Source: an uncultured bacterium (GTDB lineage: Bacteria; DUMJ01). Taken from it: a DNA stretch of 64,000 nucleotides. The notes under the pieces were generated by a model. That model had not been told where the DNA came from, searched no databases, and was given only the letters and a program-made list of their open reading frames with translations. Of the stretch, positions 30,828 through 40,408 are shown piece after piece (the first letter of the stretch is position 1; each line of letters opens with the position of its first letter). The DNA lies in assembly GCA_937958695.1 (NCBI GenBank), contig CALGNK010000027.1, positions 44 to 64,043 of the forward strand, read 5' to 3'. The position numbers and the translations under genes were made by a program.

Positions 30828-31188
30828 CCTTTCCCTCTTTCATCTTTAAAGATATCTTTGCTAAAACATATCTCCTTATAACCGCCAAATTCTGGAATAT
30901 CCTTACACCAAAAGCAACTATAGCAGCAAGATACAGATCAACACCAAGTCTGTCTCCTATAGCAATCAGTATGACACCCAAAAGAGAATTTACAAAGAAC
31001 CCTGATAGGAATATGGTAGCGTCAAACTTAAACTCAAGGATAGTTCTTATACCACCAAAAATAGTATCTAAGGCTACCAGTATTACTATCGCAATATATC
31101 TGGCATAAAAGGGTGTAACTTGCACTGGAAGAAAGACCCCAATTATAACCCCTATAAACAGTGCTATAAAAGGAATTAATACCCTCAT
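30820..31188 (-). CDS. Small basic membrane protein (Sbp/DUF1290-like) of the Firmicutes dcw cluster
   Basis: 122 aa with 3-4 TM segments, positioned between DUF881 and ftsA exactly as B. subtilis sbp. Confidence 0.5.
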   Translation of the reverse strand: MRVLIPFIALFIGVIIGVFLPVQVTPFYARYIAIVILVALDTIFGGIRTILEFKFDATIFLSGFFVNSLLGVILIAIGDRLGVDLYLAAIVAFGVRIFQNLAVIRRYVLAKISLKMKEGKVE

Positions 31189-31910
31189 TATTCTTTCACC
31201 TTAGCATGCTTAAGTGAAATACTGCCTTCATAAGGTGGAAGATCTATTGAATCGCTCTTTTCTACCTTCAGTATAATACCATACTCTTTAGATATATAAC
31301 TCAACGCCGAGACTATCCCTCCAGGCATATTAATAGCATTCAGTAGAGAATCGGGATTTCCAATAGCCTTTATCTGATAAGGTGGAGATAATCTTACTCC
31401 ATTTACTAGTATAGTGGTACCTACACATCTAATCTCACTAGTTACCGCTATCCTTTGGTCATTTATAGCTATAGCCTCTGCACCAGATGCCCATAGCTCA
31501 TTTACAACTTCTCTTAAGTCGTAGTCGTGAATTATATAATTTTCTGGATTCTCCCCTACTTTTATCTTTTTTTTACTGTCATCTAAGGTTATAATGACCC
31601 CAGGGCCATTAACTGGCAATAAACCTGCCCATAACTTTACTCTATTAAGTTCTTTTAACATTCCTTCTAAAACAGTCTTCTCCCTAGCTGAAGATTCTTC
31701 GTACTGTCTAATCTGCTCTCTTAGAGTATTTATCTCTTGTATAAGCTCATTCCTCTGAGCTTCAAGCTTTTCTACTAGATTTATAAGTTGCTCATTTCTC
31801 ATGCTAAATAATGTATATTTAGGGGATTCATAAAATTTTATCTGGGTAACAGATAACAGCCCTATTATGAAACATACTATAGATAATGCCCAAACAGCCT
31901 TATTACTCAT
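31188..31910 (-). CDS. DUF881 family protein (YlxW/YlxX-like)
   Basis: N-terminal TM, coiled coil, and a GPG-containing C-terminal domain. Conserved dcw position between divIB and sbp. Confidence 0.6.
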   Translation of the reverse strand: MSNKAVWALSIVCFIIGLLSVTQIKFYESPKYTLFSMRNEQLINLVEKLEAQRNELIQEINTLREQIRQYEESSAREKTVLEGMLKELNRVKLWAGLLPVNGPGVIITLDDSKKKIKVGENPENYIIHDYDLREVVNELWASGAEAIAINDQRIAVTSEIRCVGTTILVNGVRLSPPYQIKAIGNPDSLLNAINMPGGIVSALSYISKEYGIILKVEKSDSIDLPPYEGSISLKHAKVKE

Positions 31911-32353
31911 TTATCCTTCGATTCTCCTTCTAATATGGTAGGAAATCTCAAGCTTCTCACATCAATCTCTCTGATCTTTATGCCCTTTTCTCTAGCAGTA
32001 TTTAATATCTTTAATGTCAAATCTAATTTTCTATTTAGATTATTTAAATCTCCTAGTCTACAAGATATATCATTATAAAGTATAACATAAACTTCATCGT
32101 CTTTTATCTCTATCTTCTTTAGTAATGGAAGTTTCGTCTTAGGTAATTCCCTCTCTAGAATAGACATAACCATATTTTTCTTAGATAAAGGATAAACTTG
32201 AATCTTATCTAAAGCCAGATCATACTCTTCTCTTAGACTATACAGGTTTATATTCAACTTTATATCCTTCATTGGACTATTAATTCCCCATACCCCAGCA
32301 GTAACTGTAACAACTGTCAAAAACCATATAACCATTTCATATCTAGAACCCAA
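31907..32353 (-). CDS. Short FtsQ/DivIB-like cell division protein
   Basis: 148 aa with an N-terminal TM and a beta-domain-like C-terminus. Occupies the ftsQ slot after murB. Lacks an obvious full POTRA region. Confidence 0.45.
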   Translation of the reverse strand: MGSRYEMVIWFLTVVTVTAGVWGINSPMKDIKLNINLYSLREEYDLALDKIQVYPLSKKNMVMSILERELPKTKLPLLKKIEIKDDEVYVILYNDISCRLGDLNNLNRKLDLTLKILNTAREKGIKIREIDVRSLRFPTILEGESKDK

Positions 32354-33224
32354 TTAAATTCACCTCCGGTTCTAGTTTTATATCAAAAAGTCTATATACC
32401 TTATCCTGTATTACATTAATAACATAGTATATATCATCTGCACTATTTCCAAAATTAAGAATAAAATTTGCATGAATTGGAGAGACCTGAACATCTCTAT
32501 AGGTAAAACCTTTAAACCCTGCTTTTTCTATGAGTATTCCAGCACTCATACCCGGTGGATTCTTAAATGTAGAACCAAACTGTCTTGGATATTTTGGTTG
32601 TTTTTTCCTCAATAAGGCCGTCTTAAAAAGTCTCTCCCTTATCTCATCTAAACTAGTTCGTTTAAGTCTTAGAGATACTCTAGTTAATATAACCATTTCC
32701 TTCCTAAATTCGCTATCTCTATATCCAAACCAGGGGTTATTCTTAACTATATATGTCCCTTCCCTATTTATAAACTCTACAGTCTCTACTATATCGCCTA
32801 TAGAACCATACTTGGTTCCTGCATTCATTACTACAGCCCCACCAACACTACCTGGAATACCAACTAAGGGCTCAAGCCCAGAGAGATTATACTTAACTGA
32901 AATATTAATTAATTCTCCTACAGGAGAACCACCTTCTGCTATCAAAGTATCCCCCTCTAAAAAAGAACCCTTCAGCCTACCTGTATATATAGCAACTCCA
33001 TTAAAACTTCTATCAGGTATTAAAACCTTAGATCCATTTCCAAGCACAAACCAATCATACCCTTCATCATTTATAAAAGAGATAATCTCTAAGATATCAT
33101 CGATACATTCAGGAATAACAAACCAATTAACCTTTCCTCCTGCCTTTATTGTAAGATAAGGTGAGATTGGTTCATATCTTCTAATTTCTCCCTTAATTTT
33201 GAGACCACTCGCCTTCGTATACAA
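32343..33224 (-). CDS. murB: UDP-N-acetylenolpyruvoylglucosamine reductase
   Basis: FAD-binding-domain-like N-terminal. 293 aa. dcw position. Confidence 0.85.
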   Translation of the reverse strand: MYTKASGLKIKGEIRRYEPISPYLTIKAGGKVNWFVIPECIDDILEIISFINDEGYDWFVLGNGSKVLIPDRSFNGVAIYTGRLKGSFLEGDTLIAEGGSPVGELINISVKYNLSGLEPLVGIPGSVGGAVVMNAGTKYGSIGDIVETVEFINREGTYIVKNNPWFGYRDSEFRKEMVILTRVSLRLKRTSLDEIRERLFKTALLRKKQPKYPRQFGSTFKNPPGMSAGILIEKAGFKGFTYRDVQVSPIHANFILNFGNSADDIYYVINVIQDKVYRLFDIKLEPEVNLIGF

Positions 33225-34549
33225 TCTATATCCCCCGCTCCCATAAAAACTATAATACTATTATCTATCCCTATCTTCTCTAATTCTTCTTCCAATGGTT
33301 CTCTATCTTTTATCCATTTACTATTCTTATTTAGGGGCAATAATTCATTAAGAATCAACCCACTATCTACGCCTTCTATTTGAGGTTCAGAAGCTGGATA
33401 GATATCCAAAAGTAATATATAATCAGCAATAGAAACTGAATTAGCAATTTCTCTATAAAGATAGTAGGTCCTAGTATACCTGTGCGGCTGAAATACCAAG
33501 ATGACCTTTTTTCCATTGGCTAATAGTCTAATGGCCTCTAAAGAAGCTTTAATCTCTGTCGGGTGGTGAGCGTAATCCTCTATAATCTTAGAACTCCCAA
33601 TATTATCACAGATTTGAAGCCTTCTATTTACACCCCTAAATATCTTTAAGGCTCTATATATAGAATCAAAAGAAACTCTAAGCCAGTCTGCAACAGCTAT
33701 TGCTCCTAAAGCATTTTTAACATTATGTAAGCCAGGGATAGAAAGTTCTATAATACCAATACTCTTACCTTCCTTAGTTACCTCAAGGATACTCCCACTC
33801 TCTGTAAGAGTAATGTTTTTAGCAGAATAAATATTATGACTATCCAATCCGTAGGTGATTTTCTCTCTCTTTAAGGAGGCATCTCTCAAGAACGAATCAT
33901 CCCCACAGACAAATACCAACTCCTTTGCCTGATCCGTAAACTTAATAAAAGCCCTTTTTATATTCTCTATATCCTTATAGTAATCTAAATGGTCATTATC
34001 CACGTTAGTAATCACTTCTATGTTAGGAGATAGATATAAAAAAGAACCATCGCTCTCATCTGTCTCGGCTACTAATAGCTCTCCTTTACCAAGTCTAGCT
34101 GTACCACCTATATCAGTCGCCTCTCCTCCAACAATCACTGTTGGAGAAAGACCGCCTACATCTAACACTAAGCCAAGCATAGATGTTAGCGTAGTCTTAC
34201 CATGAGCACCTGCTACGCCAATACTTCTCTTTTTACTCATAAGATATGCTAACATTTCTCCTCTTTTTAGCACTGTTAGATTCCTTCTTCTTGCCTCTAT
34301 AAGTTCTGGATTATCATCATGCACAGCACTAGAAACAATCACTACCGTTGAATCCCCGATATTTTCTGGCTTGTGGCCAATATAGATAGGAATTCCTAGG
34401 CTAGATAATCTCTTAGTAGTTTCACTATTCTTTATATCCGAACCCTTTACTTTATATCCAAGCTGATGTAATATCTGAGCTATACCACTCATCCCATACC
34501 CACCAATACCAATAAAATATAGTTTATCCTCTGTACTTATTTCTACCAT
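33146..34549 (-). CDS. murC: UDP-N-acetylmuramate-L-alanine ligase
   Basis: Mur ligase P-loop VGVAGAHGKTTLTSM. 467 aa. Confidence 0.9.
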   Translation of the reverse strand: MVEISTEDKLYFIGIGGYGMSGIAQILHQLGYKVKGSDIKNSETTKRLSSLGIPIYIGHKPENIGDSTVVIVSSAVHDDNPELIEARRRNLTVLKRGEMLAYLMSKKRSIGVAGAHGKTTLTSMLGLVLDVGGLSPTVIVGGEATDIGGTARLGKGELLVAETDESDGSFLYLSPNIEVITNVDNDHLDYYKDIENIKRAFIKFTDQAKELVFVCGDDSFLRDASLKREKITYGLDSHNIYSAKNITLTESGSILEVTKEGKSIGIIELSIPGLHNVKNALGAIAVADWLRVSFDSIYRALKIFRGVNRRLQICDNIGSSKIIEDYAHHPTEIKASLEAIRLLANGKKVILVFQPHRYTRTYYLYREIANSVSIADYILLLDIYPASEPQIEGVDSGLILNELLPLNKNSKWIKDREPLEEELEKIGIDNSIIVFMGAGDIDCIRRRVVSKLREKLEDMNQSHLILQ

Positions 34550-35600
34550 AATAGCCTCCTATTATTCCTAGAGATTCTTCTACCACCCTGTAACTAGCGT
34601 TTGGTAAATTTGAAACTTCCCTATAACTCAAATCCTTCCTAGCATTACTTTCATCCTTAAATTTCATAATCTTCTCTGCCAAATCTTTTGGCAATAACTG
34701 GTCCTCATCAACTATCAGACATCTACCTTGCTTCACTAACCATTTGGCATTTAGATACTGATGCCCTTCGGCTCCTTTATATGGGATTAGAATAGCTGGT
34801 AAGTTTACAGTTGCCAATTCAATAACGGTTCCTGCACCCGCTCTAGATATTACCAAGTTTGTTCTTTCATAGAGGGTCCATATATCTTCCTTGTACTTAT
34901 AGACCTCATAATCTGGGGAGTTAATTTTTTCAATCCTATCCTTTAACCTTTCATATTCCCTAGTCCCTGTAACGTGTATAATTCTCACGTCTTTTAGTAA
35001 ACTATTCTCTACAATTTCTAAGATAGTATTATTTATAACTCTAGCTCCTTGACTACCTCCCATAACCAAAACTGTAAACTTATTATGTTTAAGAGGAGTT
35101 ATATCATAGAATTCCTTTCTCAATGGAAATCCGGTATAGACAACCTTCTTCTGAAAGATTCCAAAGTTAGTATCTGGAAAAGAGGTAAATATTCTATTTA
35201 CGAATGGGGCTAGTAGCTTATTGGCTAATCCTGGAAGAATGTTCTGTTCATGGATTGCTCTTGGTATGCCAAAAACAAAAGATATAAAGATAGGCGATAC
35301 GGAGATATATCCTCCCATTCCTAATACCAATAGAGGCTTTAAATGTAATAAGAGTTTAGTAGAGAGGACAAAATCTTTTAAAATACCCCAAAATGTCTTG
35401 AATATTCCCTTAAAGGTTCTATCCCATCCTATAGAGCATCCTTCAAAAAGATTTATACCATCCAATCTAATATTAGACGGCCTCTTTTTACTAGTCAAAA
35501 GATGAACTTGAAATCCTCTTTCAATAAAAACCCTAGCTACAGCCAAAGCAGGATATATATGACCTCCACTACCTCCAGCGGTAATAAGTATATTTTTCAT
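34524..35600 (-). CDS. murG: Lipid II synthase MurG (UDP-GlcNAc transferase)
   Basis: GGSGGHIYPALAV N-terminal motif. 358 aa, GT28. Confidence 0.85.
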   Translation of the reverse strand: MKNILITAGGSGGHIYPALAVARVFIERGFQVHLLTSKKRPSNIRLDGINLFEGCSIGWDRTFKGIFKTFWGILKDFVLSTKLLLHLKPLLVLGMGGYISVSPIFISFVFGIPRAIHEQNILPGLANKLLAPFVNRIFTSFPDTNFGIFQKKVVYTGFPLRKEFYDITPLKHNKFTVLVMGGSQGARVINNTILEIVENSLLKDVRIIHVTGTREYERLKDRIEKINSPDYEVYKYKEDIWTLYERTNLVISRAGAGTVIELATVNLPAILIPYKGAEGHQYLNAKWLVKQGRCLIVDEDQLLPKDLAEKIMKFKDESNARKDLSYREVSNLPNASYRVVEESLGIIGGYYGRNKYRG

Positions 35601-36805
35601 TCGCCTACCACCTCTGTTCTATATCTAGAGACCCCTAAAGCATACCCTATCATAAAAAGAGATACAATCCTAGAAGTGCCACCAGAACTAAGTAACGGAA
35701 GTGGGATTCCGGTAATAGGAAGCAATTTAATAACTCCGCCTATGTTGATTATCGCTTGAATAGTTAGACTGAGAGCAAATCCCAATACTACAAATCTAGA
35801 AAATTTAAATGGACAATGTAAACCTATCTCAAACATCCTTACACAGATAAGGGAGTATAATAATACTATAAAGATGGTAATAAGAAGACCAAATTCTTCT
35901 CCTATATGGGCAAGAATAAGGTCTGTATGGATTTCTGGTAATACATTCAATTTCTGTTGTCCCATGCCTAATCCTACACCTAAAAGTCCTCCTCTGGCAA
36001 AAGCACGTAAAGCTTGTATATACTGATAACCATCCCCATATGGATCCTTCCAAGGGTCTAGAAAAGCCAAAAATCTCCTTTCTCTATAAGAGGCGGTAAA
36101 TATAAGCCTATAGCCTAAAAATACAGAGCCAGTAAATATAGATAAAAACATTGTTAGAGGCATTCCGGCTGAGAATACCATCAGTAAAGAGGTCAAGAAG
36201 GTTATCATTGCACTACCATAATCTGGTTGAGAGAGAATCATACAGGTAAAAACGAGTATAACAGTAAGAATTTTAAGCATGGTAAAATTCCAACCCATAT
36301 GCTCTTTTGTAAGGACGTTACTTATATAGAGTATAATGGCTAATCTAGCAATATCACTAGTCTGAACAGATATTCCTCCCATACGTAGCCACCTAACTCC
36401 ACCCCTTGAGGAAGAACCCCAGAGAAGAGTCATTATAAGAAGCAAGAGGGCAATATAGAGAAAGTATGTGGCATATATACGAAGAAATCTAAGTTTCATC
36501 CTATAAGCTATTATTCCAGCTATAATTCCCAATACAGAATAAACTAACTGAGATCTAAAGGATACATCAGAATATCCCATAGTAGCGATCTGAATCCTCT
36601 CTATAGAATAAAGTGCAATTATACCTAAAACAAGTAAAATACAAGAGCTAATCAAAAGGATCCAATCTATTTCCGCATTAAACTTTACTACTTTTCCATA
36701 TATAGACAATCTCTTTAAATCTCTCTCCCCTCTCAGCATAGTTTTTAAACATATCAAAACTGGCACAAGCAGGACTAAAAAGTATACAGTCCCCCTTTTT
36801 GGCAC
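35597..36805 (-). CDS. ftsW: SEDS-family division glycosyltransferase FtsW/SpoVE
   Basis: Polytopic FtsW/RodA-family protein between murD and murG. The start is probably the inner Met (MLRGERD...). Confidence 0.8.
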   Translation of the reverse strand: MPKRGTVYFLVLLVPVLICLKTMLRGERDLKRLSIYGKVVKFNAEIDWILLISSCILLVLGIIALYSIERIQIATMGYSDVSFRSQLVYSVLGIIAGIIAYRMKLRFLRIYATYFLYIALLLLIMTLLWGSSSRGGVRWLRMGGISVQTSDIARLAIILYISNVLTKEHMGWNFTMLKILTVILVFTCMILSQPDYGSAMITFLTSLLMVFSAGMPLTMFLSIFTGSVFLGYRLIFTASYRERRFLAFLDPWKDPYGDGYQYIQALRAFARGGLLGVGLGMGQQKLNVLPEIHTDLILAHIGEEFGLLITIFIVLLYSLICVRMFEIGLHCPFKFSRFVVLGFALSLTIQAIINIGGVIKLLPITGIPLPLLSSGGTSRIVSLFMIGYALGVSRYRTEVVGE

Positions 36806-38018
36806 TATCTATGGCGGTCAAGACAGCCTCTTCTAAAGAAGTATGGATAGAAAAATTCTCAATACTATTTTCTAAAAGGAGCTTTTTTAGCTTCTCCCTA
36901 GTCTCACCTATAAGACAAATATGTCTTACGTTAGTTTGTCTTAGTTCATCGATCAACTCTGAAAAGTCCATGCCCTTATCCTGTCCACCTAAGATAAGGA
37001 CTTTATTTTCATTGATACTCCTTAAAGCACTTATAGTAGCATGAGGATTAGTAGCCTTAGAATCGTCTATAAAAGTAAGTCCACCATACTCAAGAAATTT
37101 CTCTAAAGTGTGCGGATATGGACTGAAAGTCTCTATTGCTCTTATCAAATCATCCAGAGGAATACCACACAACAGCCCTATAGTGCTAGCACACATTATA
37201 TTGGCAAGATTATGTTTACCTATAAGTCTTATATTATCTAATGGGATAGAAACATCAGAAAACTCTTCTATATTAAACTTTATATTTCCATCTTTTACAT
37301 ATACTTCGCTTTTGTCTGTATCTTCAAGAGAAAAAGATATCTTTCTACTTTTGGCATCTCTTACCGCTTCCACAACGTTAATATCGTCTCTATTGTAAAT
37401 CAGTATCTCCTCATTCCCTTGATTATAAAATATCCGCCTTTTAGCCTCTACATATTCTTCTATACTATTATGCCAATTTAAATGGTCACTTGCAATATTT
37501 AGCAATACTCCTATCTTAGGTCTAAAGAGCTTAGTTCCCTGAAGCTGAAAACTACTTACCTCTAATACAAAATATTCAGGTCTAGAATCAATTACTTCTC
37601 CAATAAATGGAATCCCTATATTCCCAACTAACTTTACATTCTTTTTAGTGGATAAGATGTGGGTAGTCAAAGATGTAGTAGTTGTTTTCCCATTCGTTCC
37701 TGTAATAGCTATAATGGGGACATCAGTAAGGCGGTAAGCTAATTCTATCTCACTTATAACCTCGATACCCTTATTTCTAGCTCTTTCTAAAAATAATTCA
37801 TTCCATCTTACCCCTGGACTTACAATTATAAGATCTGAATCCAATATAAATCCTTCGGTATGTCCCCCAAGTTCTACTTCTACCCCATCTGGAACAGTCA
37901 GATCTTCTTTTTTTTCTGAAAGCTTTACTCTTGCTCCTAGCCTCAATAAGGTTTTGACACAAGCCTCACCTGTTTTTCCATAACCTATTACTGTTACACA
38001 TTTACCTTTTAAATCCAT
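36678..38018 (-). CDS. murD: UDP-N-acetylmuramoylalanine-D-glutamate ligase
   Basis: IAITGTNGKTTTTSL P-loop. 446 aa. Confidence 0.85.
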   Translation of the reverse strand: MDLKGKCVTVIGYGKTGEACVKTLLRLGARVKLSEKKEDLTVPDGVEVELGGHTEGFILDSDLIIVSPGVRWNELFLERARNKGIEVISEIELAYRLTDVPIIAITGTNGKTTTTSLTTHILSTKKNVKLVGNIGIPFIGEVIDSRPEYFVLEVSSFQLQGTKLFRPKIGVLLNIASDHLNWHNSIEEYVEAKRRIFYNQGNEEILIYNRDDINVVEAVRDAKSRKISFSLEDTDKSEVYVKDGNIKFNIEEFSDVSIPLDNIRLIGKHNLANIMCASTIGLLCGIPLDDLIRAIETFSPYPHTLEKFLEYGGLTFIDDSKATNPHATISALRSINENKVLILGGQDKGMDFSELIDELRQTNVRHICLIGETREKLKKLLLENSIENFSIHTSLEEAVLTAIDSAKKGDCILFSPACASFDMFKNYAERGERFKEIVYIWKSSKV

Positions 38019-38949
38019 TTATAAATACCCCCATAATACCAGCTAACAGAGTTAATAAGGAGAACCTTGTAACAACCTGTGGTTCGCTCCATCCTGAAAG
38101 CTCAAAATGATGATGAAGAGGGCTCATCTTAAATATTCTCTTTCCAGTAAGCTTAAAGTATGATACCTGAAGTATTACGGAGAGATTCTCAAGTATAAAT
38201 ATAATGCCTAGTATAATAATAAACCATTCTTTACCAAGCGCTACTCCTATCCCAGCCACGCTAGCTCCAAGGGATAAAGAACCTATATCGCCCATAATAA
38301 GCCTAGCTGGATGGGCATTATAGAAGAGAAATACTAGTAAGCCTCCAAGAATGGCTAAAGAGAACGCTATTACATTGAAATCCTTAAAAATCAGTAAAAC
38401 AAAAAATAGCAAGATAGTTATAATAGTTCCAGCTAAACCATCTACCCCATCTGTAAAGTTTACTCCGTTTGCTATACCCACTATAAATACCGTTTCCAAT
38501 AGATACTGCCAAAAGGTATCACCTGAGCGAAAGATAAGAAAGTCTCCCTTTAACTCAAAGATACCAAACCTTCTAATCATCCAGAGCCAAAAGAGTGTAA
38601 TGGTACATTCTGCTATAAACTTGTACCTACCCTTCAATGGTTGGGATGACCTTCTCTTTATCCCTGCATAGTCATCTATCCCGCCTATAACTGCGTAACC
38701 CGTTATTAAGGATAGTAGAGCCATTATTTCTCGTGTGGGGTATAGAATCAATAGTGTCAGTAAAGTACTTAAGAATATGACAAGTCCACCCATAGTTGGA
38801 GTCCCTTCTTTAGTTAAATGCGACTTAGGACCATAATCCCTTACATGTTTAGGAAGCAGAGACCTAAAATACTTTAAATAGAGCTTAAATCCAACTATAC
38901 TAAGAGTTAGCGAAAGAAAAAGGGTAAATATACATCTAGTGCTTATCAT
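38002..38949 (-). CDS. mraY: Phospho-N-acetylmuramoyl-pentapeptide transferase
   Basis: 315-aa polytopic membrane protein of the MraY/WecA family in the canonical dcw slot. Confidence 0.9.
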   Translation of the reverse strand: MISTRCIFTLFLSLTLSIVGFKLYLKYFRSLLPKHVRDYGPKSHLTKEGTPTMGGLVIFLSTLLTLLILYPTREIMALLSLITGYAVIGGIDDYAGIKRRSSQPLKGRYKFIAECTITLFWLWMIRRFGIFELKGDFLIFRSGDTFWQYLLETVFIVGIANGVNFTDGVDGLAGTIITILLFFVLLIFKDFNVIAFSLAILGGLLVFLFYNAHPARLIMGDIGSLSLGASVAGIGVALGKEWFIIILGIIFILENLSVILQVSYFKLTGKRIFKMSPLHHHFELSGWSEPQVVTRFSLLTLLAGIMGVFINGFKR

Positions 38950-40408
38950 TTATCCTCCTCTTAATAGCTTCTAAAGCCACCTCTCTATCATCAAAGTGGA
39001 TAGTTATATCTTTAAATATCTGATATGTCTCGTGTCCTTTACCAGCTATTACTACAATATCTCCAGGCTCTGCCATATTAATAGCACAATTAATTGCCTC
39101 TTTCCTATCCTCTTGTATGATATAGTTATCCTTCTCTACTCCACTAATTATATCTTCTATGATCTTTGCAGGGTCTTCACTGCGGGGATTATCAGAGGTA
39201 ATGATAGCAAAATCGGATAACCTAGTTGCTATATCTCCCATAATAGGTCTCTTAGTCTTATCCCTATCTCCTCCACATCCAAATACAACTATGACTCTTC
39301 TCCCCAAAGACTTAGCTACTTTAAGAACCCTCTCTAGTGCATCTGGAGTATGGGCATAATCTACTAAAACCTGAAATTGCTGTCCCAAATCTATGCGTTC
39401 TAACCTACCCCTTACAGGGTTAAATTCACAAACAGTTCTTAGTACCGTATTCATAGGAATTCCTACTTTATAGGAGTAACCAATAGCTGAAAGGATGTTA
39501 TATACATTTATCTCTCCTAAAAGCTTAGACTTTACCTTAAAATGTTCACCTTCTAGAATAAGATCAAAAGACAAACCATCTTTAGACACCTCTATATTTT
39601 TAGCAGTTATTAGAGCAGGTTCTCTTATACCATAAGTAATAGGATGCTTATCCCGGAATTCTTCAACTAATCTCTTACCATATGGATCATCAACATTTAT
39701 TACCATAATACCATTTTCTTCCTTTGAAACCATTTCAAATAGACGTCTTTTAGCACTAAAATATGATTCCATATCCTTATGAAAGTCTAGATGATCTTGG
39801 GTAAGATTGGTAAAGACACCTCCCTCAAAATAGACCGCATCCACTCTATGTTGAACAAGGGCATGAGAGGATATCTCCATCACAATCCTTTCTATACCTA
39901 ATGTTCTAGCCTTATCATATAGTTTAGCCAAGAGTAATTGTTCAGGAGTTGTAAAATTGGTAGGAAGATCCTCATCATATAGTCTAGCGCCTAGAGTACC
40001 TATTATGCCAATCTTCTCTCCATTAGCCTCTAAGATCTTGCCAATAAGATTTACGGTAGTAGTTTTACCATTGGTACCAGTAACACCGACAGTCTTTATG
40101 AGCCTAAACGGATTTCCATAGAAATTACTGCTTATAAAGGCGTATGCCTTCTTACTGTCTGAAACCCTTATATAAGGAAAATTTCCTGTCAATTCTTCTT
40201 CTCCTACTGTTACTATTGCCCCATTTGCAATAGCCTCTTCTATAAAGGAATGACCATCAAATTTCTCTCCTTTTAATGCTATAAACATATAATTTTTCTT
40301 AATATCCTTAGAATTACTACTAATACCTTCTATCTCTGTCCCATCTAGACTCTCTATATTTCTAATATCTACTATTTCCACATTCTCTATTAACTTTACT
40401 AGCTTCAT
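38936..40408 (-). CDS. murE: UDP-MurNAc-tripeptide synthetase MurE
   Basis: VGVTGTNGKTTTVNL P-loop. 490 aa. Confidence 0.85.
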   Translation of the reverse strand: MKLVKLIENVEIVDIRNIESLDGTEIEGISSNSKDIKKNYMFIALKGEKFDGHSFIEEAIANGAIVTVGEEELTGNFPYIRVSDSKKAYAFISSNFYGNPFRLIKTVGVTGTNGKTTTVNLIGKILEANGEKIGIIGTLGARLYDEDLPTNFTTPEQLLLAKLYDKARTLGIERIVMEISSHALVQHRVDAVYFEGGVFTNLTQDHLDFHKDMESYFSAKRRLFEMVSKEENGIMVINVDDPYGKRLVEEFRDKHPITYGIREPALITAKNIEVSKDGLSFDLILEGEHFKVKSKLLGEINVYNILSAIGYSYKVGIPMNTVLRTVCEFNPVRGRLERIDLGQQFQVLVDYAHTPDALERVLKVAKSLGRRVIVVFGCGGDRDKTKRPIMGDIATRLSDFAIITSDNPRSEDPAKIIEDIISGVEKDNYIIQEDRKEAINCAINMAEPGDIVVIAGKGHETYQIFKDITIHFDDREVALEAIKRRINDKH

